Assembly: GCA_964016885.1 (NCBI GenBank) | Contig: OZ024754.1 | Span: 10,292,001 to 10,356,000, forward strand | Length of the DNA stretch: 64,000 nucleotides | Source: Eledone cirrhosa | Lineage: Eukaryota | Reading direction: 5' to 3' | In this document: positions 12,716-25,920 of the stretch, in pieces | How the letters are laid out: every line of letters begins with the position of its first letter | Numbering within the stretch: the stretch's first letter is position 1 | Made by a program: the position numbers and the translations under genes | The notes under the pieces: generated by a model | The model's input: the letters and a program-made list of their open reading frames with translations, nothing else | Told to the model about the DNA's origin: nothing | The model's database searches: none

Positions 12716-13794
12716 ATGCACACATCACTAAAGTACCTCACATAGATTTTAGATGACATTTTCATCAAATATTTCTTGCTTAATAAATATCACCAGAAAA
12801 ATCGCTACTGCTTGTAACATTTACAATTTACAGAATTTAAAAAGATTCTTTCAATAAAAAGTGTGTGTGTGTGTGTGTGTGTGTTTTATATGAACAAAAA
12901 TAAAACAAAAGAATTTGAAACATCTTTAAATTTTCAAAAATTATTTATATTATCCTCAAACAATTCTATTAACCTAATCATCATTTGTTGCTCTCCATTT
13001 TTTTTGCCTGTATTTCTATATATTCTTTACAAAACATTTGTTTGCTTTTCTCCTATCTCCATCACCTTTCACAAAACACAGTTCTCAGCACCTTGTTAAG
13101 TTTACAGTGTAAACAGTTTCAAACAAACGTGGTATTGTTAGTTTACAGTGTGAAACTAACAACAAACGTTGTTAGTTTACAGTGTGAAACTAACAACAAA
13201 CGTTGTTGTTAGTTTACAGTGTGAAACTAACTTAACCCAGGCTAATCAATTCATCTGAAACTCAGGAAAAAATAAAAATGTACAGAAACTGAACTGAAAA
13301 ATCTGATCAAACCAACCTAAAATACGGAAAATTTATGTGGAAACTAAATGGCTGTGGCTCTCAGCTAGATAAATATGTGCTTAAAGGTAACAGCTATGCA
13401 TGAAATACCCAATAAGTTGGTTTATGTTGTTATTTAGTCTGAAGAACAATCTTATTGTCAGCCATAGTGCCCCCTTTTTTTTTCTTTTTTTTTCTGTTTT
13501 TGTTCAATTTGAAGAGAAGTAGCCAACACTCTACTTAGGTCGACGTTAAACACAATATTTAGCATCAATGTTTAATAATAGTGTGAGAGAGGGAGAGAGG
13601 GAGGGAGAGAGATAGGGGGGGGGGAGATGGGGAGAGGGGGATGGGGAGGGGGCGAGAGGGGAGAGGGAGGGGCGGAGAGGGGGGGATAAGGGGAGGAAGA
13701 GAGAGAGAGGGGGAACAGAGAGAGCAAGCATGTGTGTTTGCTGCCATGTTCACCATAAAGAGAGAGAGAGAGAGAGAGAGAGAGAGCATGTGTG

Positions 13795-14015
13795 TTTGCT
13801 CCCATTTCTTTTGGTAGTAATGCATGTTCACCGTAAAGTTCGAAGCATAAAGGCAAGCAGCAGACAGAAGATTCCTAAGGGTTGAACAATGCAAGTCAGA
13901 AAAGTGATAGCAACATATAACATGGTCACACAATGTGAAGATGGAAGAGTTATGATTTCGTGCCAGAATTCTCAGTTGCTTAATAACAGATGGTATATTC
14001 CCCAGGCATGCTAAA
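13795..14015 (+). pseudogene. Possible decayed RTE-type LINE C-terminal fragment
   Basis: ISFGSNACSP*SSKHK weakly resembles RTE LYGSETWT...H; contains stops. Confidence 0.25.
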
Positions 14016-15864
14016 AGCAAGAAAATGTCTATAGACTATCTGCTACACCTTCTTCTCCCCCCCCCCCCCCCCCACCCACCCAGCTGTTCTGCTTCTGCAT
14101 GGAGAGATATAGGAGGTGCCACAGTAGCTAGAAAAGCAGGAAATTTATTTCAGCTAAAAGCAATCTTTTCTTGTTCATAGAATCCTATAAGTGGTTTTTG
14201 TCAGGGTTTCTTTCGTCTGGCAATGGACTAGACTAATCTGATAAAGAATGAATTAAATACAATACAAAACTATCAAAGCAAGCCCTTACTCCAGTTAGGA
14301 AGTGATGCAAAGAACAAACAGAGCTACTAATTTACTTTTATCCATTCTGGATAGAAAGTTAATAGGCACTTTTACAGATGGCTTATATCTATGATTGCAG
14401 CTTAAAAAATAATCAATTTGCAAAAGAAACTTTGCACTTGAAAATATATTGGAATAGTTAACTTGTTATTAAAGTGTATGTAAACTTTAGGGGAGGGTGG
14501 AAGATACAATGAAGAATAGGTTTGGAAGAGAAATCACATCATAGAAATAAAAAGCAGGAAGAAGACAGGGTTTTAACAATCAAGTTGTTTTCACTAATTC
14601 AATATGAAATTGGTTTTTACTGTCAATTGAAAAAAAAGAGAGATAAATTACTTTTCTGAAAAAATACTTCAAGTCATGCTGTTGAGGATAAATATCAACA
14701 AATAAAGTTAGGTGGAACATGCAGCACTTTTTCTACTTAATGTAAAACATATTTACACTTTCTAAAACATATTTTTGCAACTGAATAAAATCAAACTACT
14801 TCACTTTCAATGTGATTCTTGCTTAACATAAATTCTCTAATTTTTCTCAATAACTGTCAAATATGTTCTATTCTTGCTTTTGAAACTTGAGAAACCTTTC
14901 ACAAAACATAAAATGTTTATCTTATTTTATTTGTATGTTTGTTTGTTTGTTTTCTTGTTATTACTGGGGGTTTTTTTTTGTGGGGGGGGGGGGGGGGGGG
15001 TATCCAATCTTTCTTGCTAAATTATTGCATATCGGTTACATGATGGAATATTTCTAGTTCTTCACTGGAGAGATGTATATAATTGACAGTGGCTGCAATT
15101 TAAATACCATGAATATGAACATAATATTACGAAAGTCTTCATGTGATTACAAGCATCAAACAAGTTTCTGAAGAGTTATGAGATAAAGAAATAATTGCAG
15201 ACAAATAAAAACAGCTATGACAGGAACAAAGAAAACAACAGAATGCCTACAGAATTGTGAAGGAGGAGAAGTGACAACAAGTAAAATAAATCACTTTTAT
15301 TTTTATTCTAATGATAGCTAATAAATATATTATTGCCCTTGTGATTCTGACCGTTACATCATCACCAAGACACAACAAAATTTACTTCATTGTTTCATCA
15401 ACTATAATGTTTTTTGTTTTTTTGTTGGGTTGTTTTGCTTCTTGGTTTTTTTTTTTTCTGTGCAAGCCAACCATCATAGCAAATTTTAATAAGAGCCAAT
15501 AACAATATGGTGGACAGCAAATTTTCAATAGAATGGCGAAAATAGAATGGAGTGATGCCACAACAACAGAGCAAGAATTTCTTCACTTCTTTCTCCTCTT
15601 CATCTTCAAGTAGTCCATAACCTGGAATCTAATAACTTCTGACTTTGCTTATAAACAATGCAAAGGTAAGGTGTCCATATGTTCTACTTATATCCAGCAT
15701 ATTTCATTAGAAATTTGCAAATTATTCCTCTACGATATTAATGTGTGTGTGTGTGTGTATATATATCATCATCATCACCATAATTTAACGTCTATTTTTA
15801 CATGCTTGCATGGAAAAAAATATATATATATACACACACATACACATATATTCTAATATTTTTG

Positions 15865-16035
15865 CTGGTTTCAGTAATACTAAACTCATGCTGGGGTACT
15901 GTGTTCAGCCATCGATCCTGTCATATTGACTTCAGCTTACCTTTTCAAGTCTAGCACTTATCTTATCAACCTCTTTTACTTGAACTGCTAAGTTACAGGA
16001 CATAAACAAATTATACCAGTTGTTAAGTGGTGTTA
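15865..16035 (-). mobile_element. Decayed SINE-like repeat
   Basis: catgctggggtac...cttatcttatcaacctcttttacttgaactgctaagttacaggacataaac recalled as a common octopus interspersed repeat. Confidence 0.4.
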
Positions 16036-17599
16036 AACCTAAACACACACACATACACACACTCACACATACATACACCTCTACTCAGAATATGCTCCAG
16101 CTATTGAAACATTTTCAGTTTATAGACATTTAAAGTGCAGAAGCTTCTACAAAATTCACATAGTTCTTCAACAAATCACAAAATCACAAACCATTTACTC
16201 AAAGATGGAAGAGAAGATTTAGTAACCAGTTACATAAGGTGGCAGGGGGGTGGGGGTGGTCAAGAAACTTAGCTTTAGTTAACAGTTTGTATCCCCCTTA
16301 TTAACAAAGAGGTAAATATGGGAAAGAAAAAAAATTTAAATAGCAAAACTATCCATTCAGAACATCTAGTAGTACCATGTCCTTCAATAAATAGCCTTGT
16401 TGAAAAAGAGTTATTTTCATATGCACCATTCCTTTCAGAAAGAATATTTATTATAGTCACATTAACAAAACCTATACCTCTAAGGCATGGACAAACTAGA
16501 TAGAGAAAATATCATGTCTGATATATTTGTTTAAAGAAAATATAGCAATAGTACTTATTCTTAAGAATGACCAGATTATGTTCACGCTTTTCAGCAGCTC
16601 TGACATTTAACAACTTAGCAAAAATCTCCTGTACAACAACAATAATAACAACTACAACAACAACATAGCTAGCATACAAACTACTTGTATTTGTATACCT
16701 GATGGCCAAACAGCAACAGTGGCTTTTTTTCCCATCTAGAAAATTGTTCAATATACAGTTGCTTTGCTCTTCTTGTAGTATTGTCTTTCTTTTCACAGTT
16801 CTTCTTTCCCATTTTCACACATCTCTTCTCCCCACACACACTTGCACAGAGAGAGAGAGAGAAACACATGCAGACAGAGAGAAACACACACACACACACA
16901 CATTTACACATTAAAATCCCATCAACATTGAAATAATTACTTGCATAGATTTGTTACAATGAAAGTTAATTCTATTGTAAGAACAATTAAACATTTACAG
17001 AACTGATCAACAGCCATAGAAACACCACCAAGCAATATAAGAAAAGTGGAGAGCAATTTAATGATTTGACATATTCAGACAGTTGAAATACAATGAAACT
17101 TTCAAGATTAAGTGTGACAAACCAACAAAGAGATTATCTTCCATTTGTAATAAACATATGAACATGTAGCAGCACTAACACTGTTTCTGTGTAATTTCAC
17201 ATTAAAAGACATCACTAGAGAAAGAGTACCAATCAGTTATTGAGATACAGTGATACTAACAGCGATATTAACCTGGACAGCAACAACTAAATAGATTTTA
17301 AATTAATTTGCAGCAATTCCAATACACTGATAGCTAAGGAGAGGGGAATATCAGTTATGTGTTTAACAATTTCATTATCATATTTCTAATGAAACAACAC
17401 ACTGCCGATAATTTTCAAATTATTTCGAAAACAATCAAGAGTTTGGAGAGATTTAGCAATGTAACTAATTTTCTCATTATTAACCCTTTAGCCTGTAAAC
17501 TGGCAGGAACAATAGGATAAGGCCATCGAGAAAATACACATGGTGTTAATGAGGTTGTTTGCTGGCAAACAAACTGAATAGCAATAATATTATAATATC

Positions 17600-18386
17600 A
17601 ATAATAATTGTTTCTACTTTTGGCACAAGGCCAGCAATTACCCAGTACATTACTGGTACTTTATTTTATCGACCCCCGTAAGGATGAAAGGCAAAGTTAA
17701 CCTCGGCAGGATTTGAACTCAGTCCGTAAAGGGACGTAACTCTATGCTGGAAAGTATGGCGTCCGACTCTCTACCGATACTGCCAAAATAATAATAATTG
17801 TTTCTACTTTTGGCACAAAGCCAGCAATTATCCCAGTGCATTACTGGTACTTTATTTTATCGACCCCCGTAAGGATGAAAGGCAAAGTTAACCTCGGCAG
17901 GATTTGAACTCAGTCCGTACTGGGACGTAACTCTATGCTGGAAAGTATGGCGTCCGACTCTCTACCGATACTGCCAAAATAATAATAATTGTTTCTACTT
18001 TTGGCACAAAGCCAGCAATTACCCCAGTACATTACTGGTACTTTATTTTATCGACCCCCGTAAGGATGAAAGGCAAAGTTAACCTCGGCGGGATTTGAAC
18101 TCAGATCATAAAGGGCCATAACTCTTTGCTGCAAAGCATGGCGTCCGACCCTCTACCGATACTGCCAATCCACTGGTTTCTTCTATAGGCACAAGGCCAG
18201 CAATTTTGGGGGTGGGGAAAGTCGATTAAATCAACCCCAGTGTGTGACTGGTACTTTATTTTATCGACTCTGTAAGGATAAATGGCAAAGTTAACGTCGG
18301 CGGGATTTGAACTCAGAGCAGATCATAAAGGGCCGTAACTCTGTGCTGCAAAGCATGGCGTTCAACCTTCTACCAATATTGCCAAT
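17600..18386 (-). mobile_element. Head-to-tail array of four Nin/Deu-like SINEs (3 short, 1 long)
   Basis: Units at about 17600-17786, 17787-17976, 17977-18172 and 18173-18386. Confidence 0.9.
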
Positions 18387-18430
18387 AACAATAATAATAA
18401 TAATATTATTCCCTTGCAAATACATTTGTG

Positions 18431-18611
18431 TTGGCAGTATCGGTAGAGAGTCGGACGCCATGCTTTCCAGCATAGTTACGTCCCTTTACGATCTGAGTTC
18501 AAATCCCGCCGAGGTTGACTTTGCCTTTCATCCTTACGGGGGTCGATAAAATAAAGTACCAGTAATACACTGGGTAATTGCTGTCCTTGTGCCTAAAGTA
18601 GAAACAATTAA
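18431..18611 (+). mobile_element. Nin/Deu-like SINE inverted relative to the adjacent array
   Basis: TTGGCAGTATCGGTAGAGAGTCGG...GTAGAAACAATTA. Confidence 0.9.
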
Positions 18612-18837
18612 TTTAGATAGGAACCCTTTAAATTGGTGGTTTTATTTCATAGAACTAGAGGCTGTTTTAGGTAGGTTGCTATAAAAAGTGTTAAATCAAT
18701 TTTCCTCTTGTACTGATCAAATACCTTGTTCTTACTCTCTAGTCCCTCTTCAATCCAACCATGTGATTCAATGTACTAAGAAAGCTTCTGATACAGTAGC
18801 TGTGTGGCTGTGCATATAATTGTATTGCAACACATAC

Positions 18838-19020
18838 AAGAAGAAGGCAAAGGCAAAGAAGAAGAAGGCAAAGAAGAAGAAAAAGAAGAAGAAAAAGAAG
18901 AAAAAGAAGGCAAAGAAGAAAAAAAAGAAGAAGGCAAAGAAGAAGAAGGCAAAGAAAAGGAAGAAGGCGAAGAAAAAGAAAAAGAAGGTGAAGAAGAAGA
19001 AAAAAAAGGTGAAGAAGAAG
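18838..19020. repeat. (GAA)n purine-rich compound repeat
   Basis: Direct reading. Confidence 0.9.
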
Positions 19021-19493
19021 CAACACACACACAAAAGAAGTAGAAGAATATTTTAGACAGAGCCAGATGAAAAGACAATGGAGACAAGAATTTAACTTTC
19101 AAGTGAAACAGATCAAGATAGGCAAGGTTCCCTACTTGAGGTTACAACAGACATCTGGAATGGTGTTAGTGGAAAGATTGTCATCCAACTGAAGGATTGT
19201 TGGTGCTGTTGACAAATGTCAACAGTTAACAGAGTAAAGTGTCAAGATATATGAAATAATGGGGAAAATGTTCAGACAAACATGGCTGACAGTCTCAATA
19301 CCAACCACCACTCTTCTCTCCCCCTCCCCTATCTCTCTCTATATATATATATCTATCACACACACACTCTCTCTCTCTCTCTAACTCTATCTCTCTATAT
19401 ATTTCTCTATCTGTAACTCTTTCTCACTCTCTCTCTCTATATATATATATCTAACTCTCTCTCTCTATATATATATATATCTATATCTATATA

Positions 19494-19580
19494 TTGTTAT
19501 ACTTTGGGAGGTATAACAACATCGGTTTCAACACACGATTTCAGATAAAGAATCTTGCTAAACAAATTCAGAAACGATAT
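19494..19580 (+). mobile_element. Minimal PLE insertion: 11-bp fold-back plus about 60-bp tail
   Basis: ttgttatactt/aggtataacaa arms; tail gtttcaacacacgatttcagataaagaatcttgctaaacaaattca is homologous to the reverse complement of 47533-47593; flanked by (TA)n. Confidence 0.7.
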
Positions 19581-19581
19581 A

Positions 19582-19635
<54 letters not shown>

Positions 19636-19913
19636 CCCCCCCTCTTGTTCAATAAAAACACATTTCCATATTGGATGGTTTTGGACTCTACTTTTTAATT
19701 TATTCATAACAGTTCAAAAATAAGGAAGGAATTTCACATACATTCTCAAGTTCAAACTGAAACACAAAAGAAAATGGAGGAAGAAGGGGGGGGGGCTGTA
19801 AAGAAAATAGAAAACAAAAGAGAAGAAAAAACAAACATCAATGAATGATGAAGAAAGAAAGATCTATATGTTAAGCTAGCGTTAAAGATAACAAGACAAG
19901 TTTACAGCAAAAA

Positions 19914-19946
<33 letters not shown>

Positions 19947-20130
19947 CAATGACTGAGACTAGAAGAAAAAGAAAGAGAAAAAGAAAAAGAAATAAAAAAG
20001 AAAAAGAAAAAAAAGAAAAAGAAGAAAAGGAAAAAAGAAAAAGAAAAAGAAAAAGAAAAAGAAAAAGAAAAAGAAAAAGAAAAAGAAAAAGAAAAAGAAA
20101 AAGAAAAATAATAAGAAAAAGAAAAAGAAG

Positions 20131-20480
20131 AAAATTAACCAATACCAGGATTTAAAGTAGGAGTTAAAAAGGATTTGGATCTGCCATGAGATCAAGGCCG
20201 TCCCAATTGTCATAGGAGCACTAGGTACTATCTCAAGGAGTTTCCAAGGATGGTTAAAGAAGATTGGTCCAGCCCCGTTTTTTTGGAACACTTCAAAAGG
20301 CATGCTTGCTGGGAACAGCAAGAACCCTCTGATACGTCCTGAATATCTGAGGCTGCAGGTAGTGGCTTGATATTCATTTCAACAAACTTTCCAGTTAAAT
20401 AACATCAATGACTGAGACTCAAAGAATAGTAATAATGATGATGATGATGATGATAATAATAATAATAATAACAATGATAA
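20131..20480 (+). pseudogene. 3' end of an R4/Dong-like (RLE endonuclease) non-LTR retrotransposon
   Basis: KINQYQDLK*ELKRIW...VPIVIGALGTIS...LQKACLLGTARTL*YVLNI*, then a short UTR and an (AAT/GAT)n tract. Confidence 0.8.
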
Positions 20481-20595
20481 TATCAGAAGAGACAATAACA
20501 AACTTGATTTGGTATGGAGAAAATATCAGTAGAAAAAAATATAAAATAAAAAATGAACAAAAAACAAAAAAATTCAATAGCATTAGTACTAACAG

Positions 20596-21000
20596 AGGTG
20601 GTGGTGGTGGTGTGGTGGTGTGGCGGTAGTGGTGGTGAGGTGGTGTGGCGGTAGTGGTGGTAGTGTGGCAGTGGTATGGCGGTAGTGGTGGTGTGGTGGT
20701 GTGGCGGTAGTGGTGGTGTGGTGGTAGTGGTGGTGTTGGTGGTGGTGTGATAGTTGTGTGGCAGTGGTGGTGTGATGGGTGTGATAGTGGCGGTGGTGTG
20801 GTGTGGTAGTGTGGTGGTGGTGGTGTGATAGTGGTGTGGCAGTGGTGGTGTGATGGGTGTGATAGTGGCGGTGGTGTGGTGTGGTGGTAGTGGTGGTGTT
20901 GGTGGTGGTGTGATAGTGGTGTGGTAGCGGTGGTGTGAAGGTGATAGTGGCGGTGGTGTGGTGTTGGTGTTGGTGTGGCAGTGATGGTCGTGTGCTGGTG
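20596..21000. repeat. (GGT)n/(GTG)n compound repeat
   Basis: Direct reading. Confidence 0.9.
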
Positions 21001-21050
21001 GCAAGCTTTATCTAAGCAACATATCCTTTATTCAATCATTGTGGCTTCTA

Positions 21051-21081
<31 letters not shown>

Positions 21082-21291
21082 AGATGGAGGTGACAGTAAG
21101 TAAGATATCAACTACATGATTTAAAACTATGTCTCATTTCTTTGTTGTGGGGAGGGGATTCTTTTTATATGCAAATATTTCAGGTTCAACTCCACATATT
21201 TTTTTTTTCCCTTCTAAATAAATATTTGTAACCATCTCAAAGTTAATGACCCAACATGCTACACCCTACCTCAAAACATCTAGCATTGGCA

Positions 21292-21506
21292 TAACCCTTT
21301 AGCATTTAAACCAACCATATCCGGACAGAATTCTCTCACAACCAGCTGTAACTGGCTGCTCATACTGATGTTAAGGTATTGTTCTCAAAATAAATAATAT
21401 CAAAATCTCATAGATTCGATATTATGTGAGATAATTAAGTGAGGTAAAGCTTTTACCACAAAAATACAATAGTAAATATAGAGTAATGTAAATGATAAAG
21501 GGTTAA
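21292..21506 (+). mobile_element. piggyBac-type MITE
   Basis: TAACCCTTTAGCATTTA ... TAAATGATAAAGGGTTAA. Confidence 0.8.
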
Positions 21507-22342
21507 AGTTTAAGGAAGTTATTATTAATATAGTTGGGATTGCACAGAATCAGCAAACCCCTTTGTTTTAAGTTCAAACTCACTGACATCAGTTTAACCC
21601 TTCTTCCTACCAAAAAAGTTTATGATGTTACACCTATGCTAAAAATCATTATTAACACTATGATACCAAATCACCTGAAACTGACTCTGGTTCTATGCTA
21701 CAATGTTAAAAGATTGTTTCTTTCAAAGTGATTATATTTATTTACAAACCTTCCATAATTTTGTGTAAGAACCTTCGTTAATCTTTTAGTTATCAACCTG
21801 GCCCAAACCAGCTCCGGTTCTATGGAATAATACCACCCATTTTAAAGGTTTCCAATTTAAACTTAAATTTTCCAACATAATTTTATATAAGTACCTAGCA
21901 TTAAGTTACTATGTTCATAATGAAATAATTAATAATTTTAGTAAATCCCTCAAAATTCTTCATTAATTAATTAAAATAAAGTGTATTTCATTAGAAATGC
22001 AGTCATGAAAGGTTTGCGTTATGTTTCCAAATACCAACTTAGTAATCTTCCAAATATTTTATTTGTTTCAAAATTGTTAGAAAACCATAGGTCATGTCTT
22101 TCAGTAGAAATATGGCAATGAAAGGGTTATCACTTTCATGATTATCGTTATTAGAGAACTGGACAAAATGCCAGGCAGTATTTGTTCTGGTTCTTTGCAT
22201 TCTGATTTGTAATGAAGCTAAGGTCAAATTTGCCCTTCATCTTTCCAGGGCCAATAAAATAAAGTACCAGTCAAGTATTGGGGTGTATATATATATATAT
22301 ATATGATGATATGTGCGTATATACACAAATATGTATATATAG

Positions 22343-22733
22343 ACCATCATCATCATCGTTTAACGTCCATGTTCCACGCTTGCATGTGTTTGGACGGGAG
22401 TTTTCCCACTTGAGGCAAGAGTGGTTGTCTTGCTCGCATACGACTGTCTGGCGGGTTTTCTACAGTTGGATGCCCTTCCTAACACCAACCACATTTACAG
22501 TGTGGGGCTGGGAGGTTTTTACCGTGTTGCCTACATGGCCACATTACAGCGTGGACTGTCTGGCAGGTTTTCTACAGCTGGATGCCCTTCCTAACACCAA
22601 CCACATTTACAGTGTGGGGCTGGGAGGTTTTTACCGTGTTGCCTACACGGCCACATTTACAGCGTGGACTGTGTTTTTTTTGTCGTGACACCTACACGAT
22701 CTCATTTGTTTCGGCCTGGATTTTGTGGACCAT
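22343..22733 (-). mobile_element. SINE with (GAT)n tail and an internal duplication of about 110 bp
   Basis: GGATGCCCTTCCTAACACCAACCAC block present twice; near-identical to 46595-46882 in the opposite orientation. Confidence 0.8.
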
Positions 22734-22759
22734 GTGTATATATATATATGTATATAACA

Positions 22760-22973
22760 CCCAGCCCACGCTGTAAAGTGATTGTATAGGTGTCACGACA
22801 AAAAGCACCCAGCACACTCTGTCAATGTGGTTGGCGTTAGAAAGGGCTTCCAGCCATAGAAAACCAGCCAGACGCACTCCTATATGAGTGTGAGACACAA
22901 CTTGCCCCTAAATGGGACAAACCTGTCTAAGCCATACTAGCGTGGAAGATAGATGTTAATCAATGATGATGAT
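22760..22973 (+). mobile_element. Related SINE 3' part, inverted relative to its neighbour
   Basis: gtggttggcgttagaaagggcttccagcc...gatgttaatcaatgatgatgat. Confidence 0.7.
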
Positions 22974-23179
22974 CGACTTCCCTTCTTGCACAAAGAGCTT
23001 CAGAAAAGCATGAATACTGCAACATCTCTTTACACCCCCACCCCCCACCCCGCTCTGTGTAATATAAACCTTTCACAGACTCACCAACACAACCACCACC
23101 ACAACCATTACCACAACCAACACAACCACTAGTAGATTTGCTTTACAAATTTCACAGTTTCATATTCAAGTGGCAGAAG

Positions 23180-23273
23180 GGAGAGGGTGGGTGGTATGGA
23201 GGAGAGAGTGGGTGGTATGGAGGAGAGGGTGGGTGGTATGGAGGAGAGGGTGGGTGGTATGCAGGAGAGGGTG
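23180..23273. repeat. 21-bp tandem repeat, about 4 copies (GGAGAGGGTGGGTGGTATGGA)
   Basis: Direct reading. Confidence 0.9.
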
Positions 23274-23799
23274 GCATTCATGCTGCAATTCTGATAGAAT
23301 TATCAAGTCAGAACATCGGAAAGGTTTTGAAGCCTTCACAAGAGTTGAACAAAGAAAACTAAAACAGGTTGATGGCATGTGGCTTACTCATGAGGTTTCA
23401 AACCCAACTGAAAGTGGGTTGAAGAACCATGGAATTCCTGTCATTATTACTATTGTTGTTGTTGTTGTTGTTAGTATTTCCTACTGAGAGGAAATGGGGG
23501 GCTACTCAGAGACTGTATTCCTATCTGTAACTTGAAACTGCAGAAAATTAAAAATCAATACAAATTTATATTTAGTCATCTACTTGTCACACCACCCCCA
23601 CACCAACACAATCATCATCATCATCATCATCATCACCATCATCATCATCATCTTTGTCATCAATGCTAGCATCATCTTAATTCTATTTAATAATGCATTT
23701 TATGCAAAGTTTAAGCATAATTAGTTTTGTTAAAATTGAAAAAGAAAAAAAAAAAAAAAGAGATTAAAAGAAGAGAAAAAAAAGAAAAGATTTATACGT

Positions 23800-24300
23800 T
23801 GTTGGTGGTGATGATTCTGTGTGGCGGTGGTAGTGGTGGTGGTGGTGGTAGTGGTGGTGGTAGTGTTGGTGGTAGTGGTGTTGGTGTTGGTGATGGTGTT
23901 GGTGATGGTGATGGTGTTGGTGATGATGTTGGTGATGATGTTGGTGATGATTGTGTGGTGGTGGTGGTGGTGGTGGTGGTGGTGAAAGTGGTTCTTGGCT
24001 ATGGTGGTGGTGGCGATGTTGTAAATGATTCTGTGTGGAGGTGGCCGTGGTGGTGGTGGTAGTGGTGTTGATGATGATGTTGGTGATGATTGTGTGGTGG
24101 TGGTGGTGGTGGTCATGTAAATGATTCTGTGTGGTGGTGGTGGTGGTGGTTATGGTGATGATGTTGGAAATGATTCTTGGTGGTGGTGTCGGAAGTGGTT
24201 CTGTGTGGTGGTGGTGGTGGTGGTGGTGTTGAGAATGGTCTGTGCAGTGGTGTTGTTGGAAATAGTTGTGTGGTGGTGGTGGTGGTGGTGGCAGTTGGTA
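23800..24300. repeat. (GGT/GAT)n compound repeat
   Basis: Direct reading. Confidence 0.9.
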
Positions 24301-24899
24301 GTTGTTATGTTCTTAAGTGGTAGTGGTGTATTCTGGAATTTCATAAACTGACTAAAAGGAGGTGGTGGGGGGGGTGGGGTGAGAGGGGGGGGGGGGGGGC
24401 AACAAAGGTAACAATGGAAGTACTGAGTAAATTATAGGGGGACAAGGGAGGGGAGGAGTCTGTGGTGTGGGAGGACAGACACATACATAGAATTAGATAG
24501 GTATAGAAAGAGATGATGATGATGGAATGCAGCAGGGGAAAGGAAGCTGCACTGGGAAAGATCTAGCCAACCCATGCAAGCATGGAAGAACAGATATAAA
24601 AAGATGATGCTGCTGCTGGTGCTGGTGATGAGGGTGAGGGGGTAACAGCTAGACAACCAGTAAGGAGGGGGTAGTGGGGGGTCAGATAGCCAGAGAGAGG
24701 AATGTGTGTGTGGGGGGTGAGGGGGGGGGGATATTCAGGTACTATGATAAAGAGAAGATAGGAAGGAGACTCTGCTAAAAAGGAGGACAGAGGTCAGAGA
24801 GAGAGAGAGAGAGAAAGAGAGAGGGGAGCTCAAGTGGCAGAGAGAGAGAGTTTGTGTGGGGGTGAGGAGGCGGCAGAAAAGAAAGCTAGAAGAATATAG

Positions 24900-25753
24900 T
24901 AGAGAGGTGAGAGAGAGGAAGACGTAAGAGAGAAGTGAGAGAGGAGAGAGAGGAGAGAGGGAGGAGAGAGAGGAGAGAGAGGGAGGAGAGAGAGAGGAGA
25001 GAGAGGGAGGAGAGTGAGGGAAAGAGGAGAGAGGGAGGAGAGAGAGGAGAGAGAGAGAGGAGAGAGAGAGGAGAGAGAGAAAGAGGAGAGAGAAAGAGGA
25101 GAGAGAGAAAGAGGAGAGAGGGAAAGAGGAGAGGGAAAGAGGAGAGAGGGAAAGAGGAAAGTGATGGAAAGAGGAAAGTGAGGGAAAGAGGAGAGAGGGG
25201 GAAAGAGGAGAGAGGGGGAAAGAGGAGAGAGAGGGATAGAGGAGAGAGAGGATAGAGGAGAGAGAGGGTAGAGGAGAGAGAGGGTAGAGGAGAGCGAGGG
25301 TAGAGCAGAGTGAGGGGGAGGAGAGTGAGGCAGGAGTGAGGGGGAGGAGAGTGAGGCAGGAGTGAGGGGGAGGAGAGTGAGGGAGGAGAGTGAGGCAGGA
25401 GTGAGGGGGAGGAGAGACTGCATGCTTCAGTGAGTGACATTGACACTCCCTGTGTGAATTGATGACCTTACAGAACATTTGGACTGCAATGGTCAGAGAA
25501 TTGGAACTCTAGTAACTCCTGTACTGCCCTCTGGTGGAGAGAGAGAGAGAGAGAGAGAGTGTGTGTGCAAGAGAGAGAAAGAGAGTGAGAGAGAGAGAGA
25601 GAGAGAAACAAAAGTGTGGGTGAGAAAGAGTGAGAGTGAGAGATTCAATGGCAAGTCAGTTTTTAATGAGAGAGAAAAAGAGTGTGCATGAGAGATAGAG
25701 AGAGAGTGTGAGAGAGAGATAGAGAGAGTGTGAGAGAGATAGAGAGAGAGTGT

Positions 25754-25786
<33 letters not shown>

Positions 25787-25800
25787 TGTGTGTATGAGAA
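24900..25800. repeat. GA-rich polypurine repeats
   Basis: Direct reading. Confidence 0.9.
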
Positions 25801-25920
25801 ACTCAATGGCAACAGTCAGTTTTTTCAAAAGAGGGGGAATTTCTTTACTAGTCACTTACCATCAACACCACCACTGCCACCACCACAATACCATGACCAA
25901 TATCACCAACACCACCACCA

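Noticed and set aside
15398-15625. Possible minus-strand exon (GYGLLEDEEEKEV...)
   Set aside because: Weak acceptor, no donor, no recognisable domain
18804-19043. Glu/Lys-rich ORF
   Set aside because: (GAA)n low-complexity tract without exon signals
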